Assembly (NCBI GenBank): GCA_031549365.1
Contig: JAVBPX010000003.1
Location: 37,602 to 101,601 of the forward strand
Length of the DNA stretch: 64,000 nt
Reading direction: 5' to 3'
Origin: Alphaproteobacteria bacterium
GTDB lineage: Bacteria > Pseudomonadota > Alphaproteobacteria > Rs-D84
The notes under the pieces: generated by a model
Seen by the model: the letters and a program-made list of their open reading frames with translations, nothing else
Told to the model about the DNA's origin: nothing
Database searches by the model: none
Translations under genes and position numbers: made by a program
Shown here: in pieces, positions 63,828-64,000 of the stretch
Layout of the letters: every line of letters starts with the position of its first letter
Numbering within the stretch: position 1 is the stretch's first letter

Positions 63828-63904
63828 GTGCCCGTAGCTCAGCTGGATAGAGCATTAGCCTTCTAAGCTAAGGGTCAGAGGTTCGAATCCTCTCGGGCAC
63901 GCCA
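63828..63904 (+). tRNA. tRNA-Arg(TCT)
   Basis: GTGCCCGTAGCTCAGCTGGATAGAGCA-TTAGC-CT-TCT-AA-GCTAA...GGTTCGAATCC...GGGCACGCCA. Confidence 0.97.
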
Positions 63905-64000
63905 GATTTTTAAAAAAATCGCTATTTAATATATTGATTAACCGTTAATTATATTTCAATTTCCTGACCATTAACACAAACACCTGCAAATCCATATTCA

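Noticed and set aside
63591-63904. Group I intron in tRNA-Arg (known in some alphaproteobacterial tRNA-Arg(CCU) genes)
   Set aside because: The downstream tRNA is complete with its own 5' half, and I see no P7/core motifs or matching 3' exon.

Overview
AT-rich chromosome window from a small-genome alphaproteobacterium; CcrM, a DUF2066-like gene and the 16S sequence point to this class, and the finer lineage cannot be fixed from sequence alone. Bases 1-37.6 kb are mostly housekeeping genes (rnpB, secA, dnaE, rpoZ, mtaB, rpsU, gap, ccrM, rpmE, ftsY, pgk, rnhB, slt, nrdR, a single-subunit GlyRS, mlaD, dnaB, nagZ, two tRNA-Leu) mixed with orphan ORFs. One complete rRNA operon lies on the minus strand at 37.9-42.9 kb (16S-tRNA-Ala-tRNA-Ile-23S-5S). 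The standout is a ~19 kb minus-strand array (44.3-63.5 kb) of 12 signal-peptide-bearing, mostly Cys-rich genes, most of them paralogous, with one outlying paralogue at 30.2-32.3 kb. They share a C-x3-Y-x2-CMD-x2-C-x9-C-x-CS core, (S/A)AR(S/A)A low-complexity linkers, glycine-zipper segments and, in one case, a pilin-like C-terminus. This is a candidate undescribed multi-subunit envelope or extracellular machine. Other oddities: two small nuclease cassettes (DUF559 and GIY-YIG) bracketed by inverted palindromic repeats, a minimal RNase P RNA lacking P13/P14, a compensatory base-pair change in the 16S decoding helix, and a tRNA-Arg half-gene with repeat motifs resembling an integration scar.
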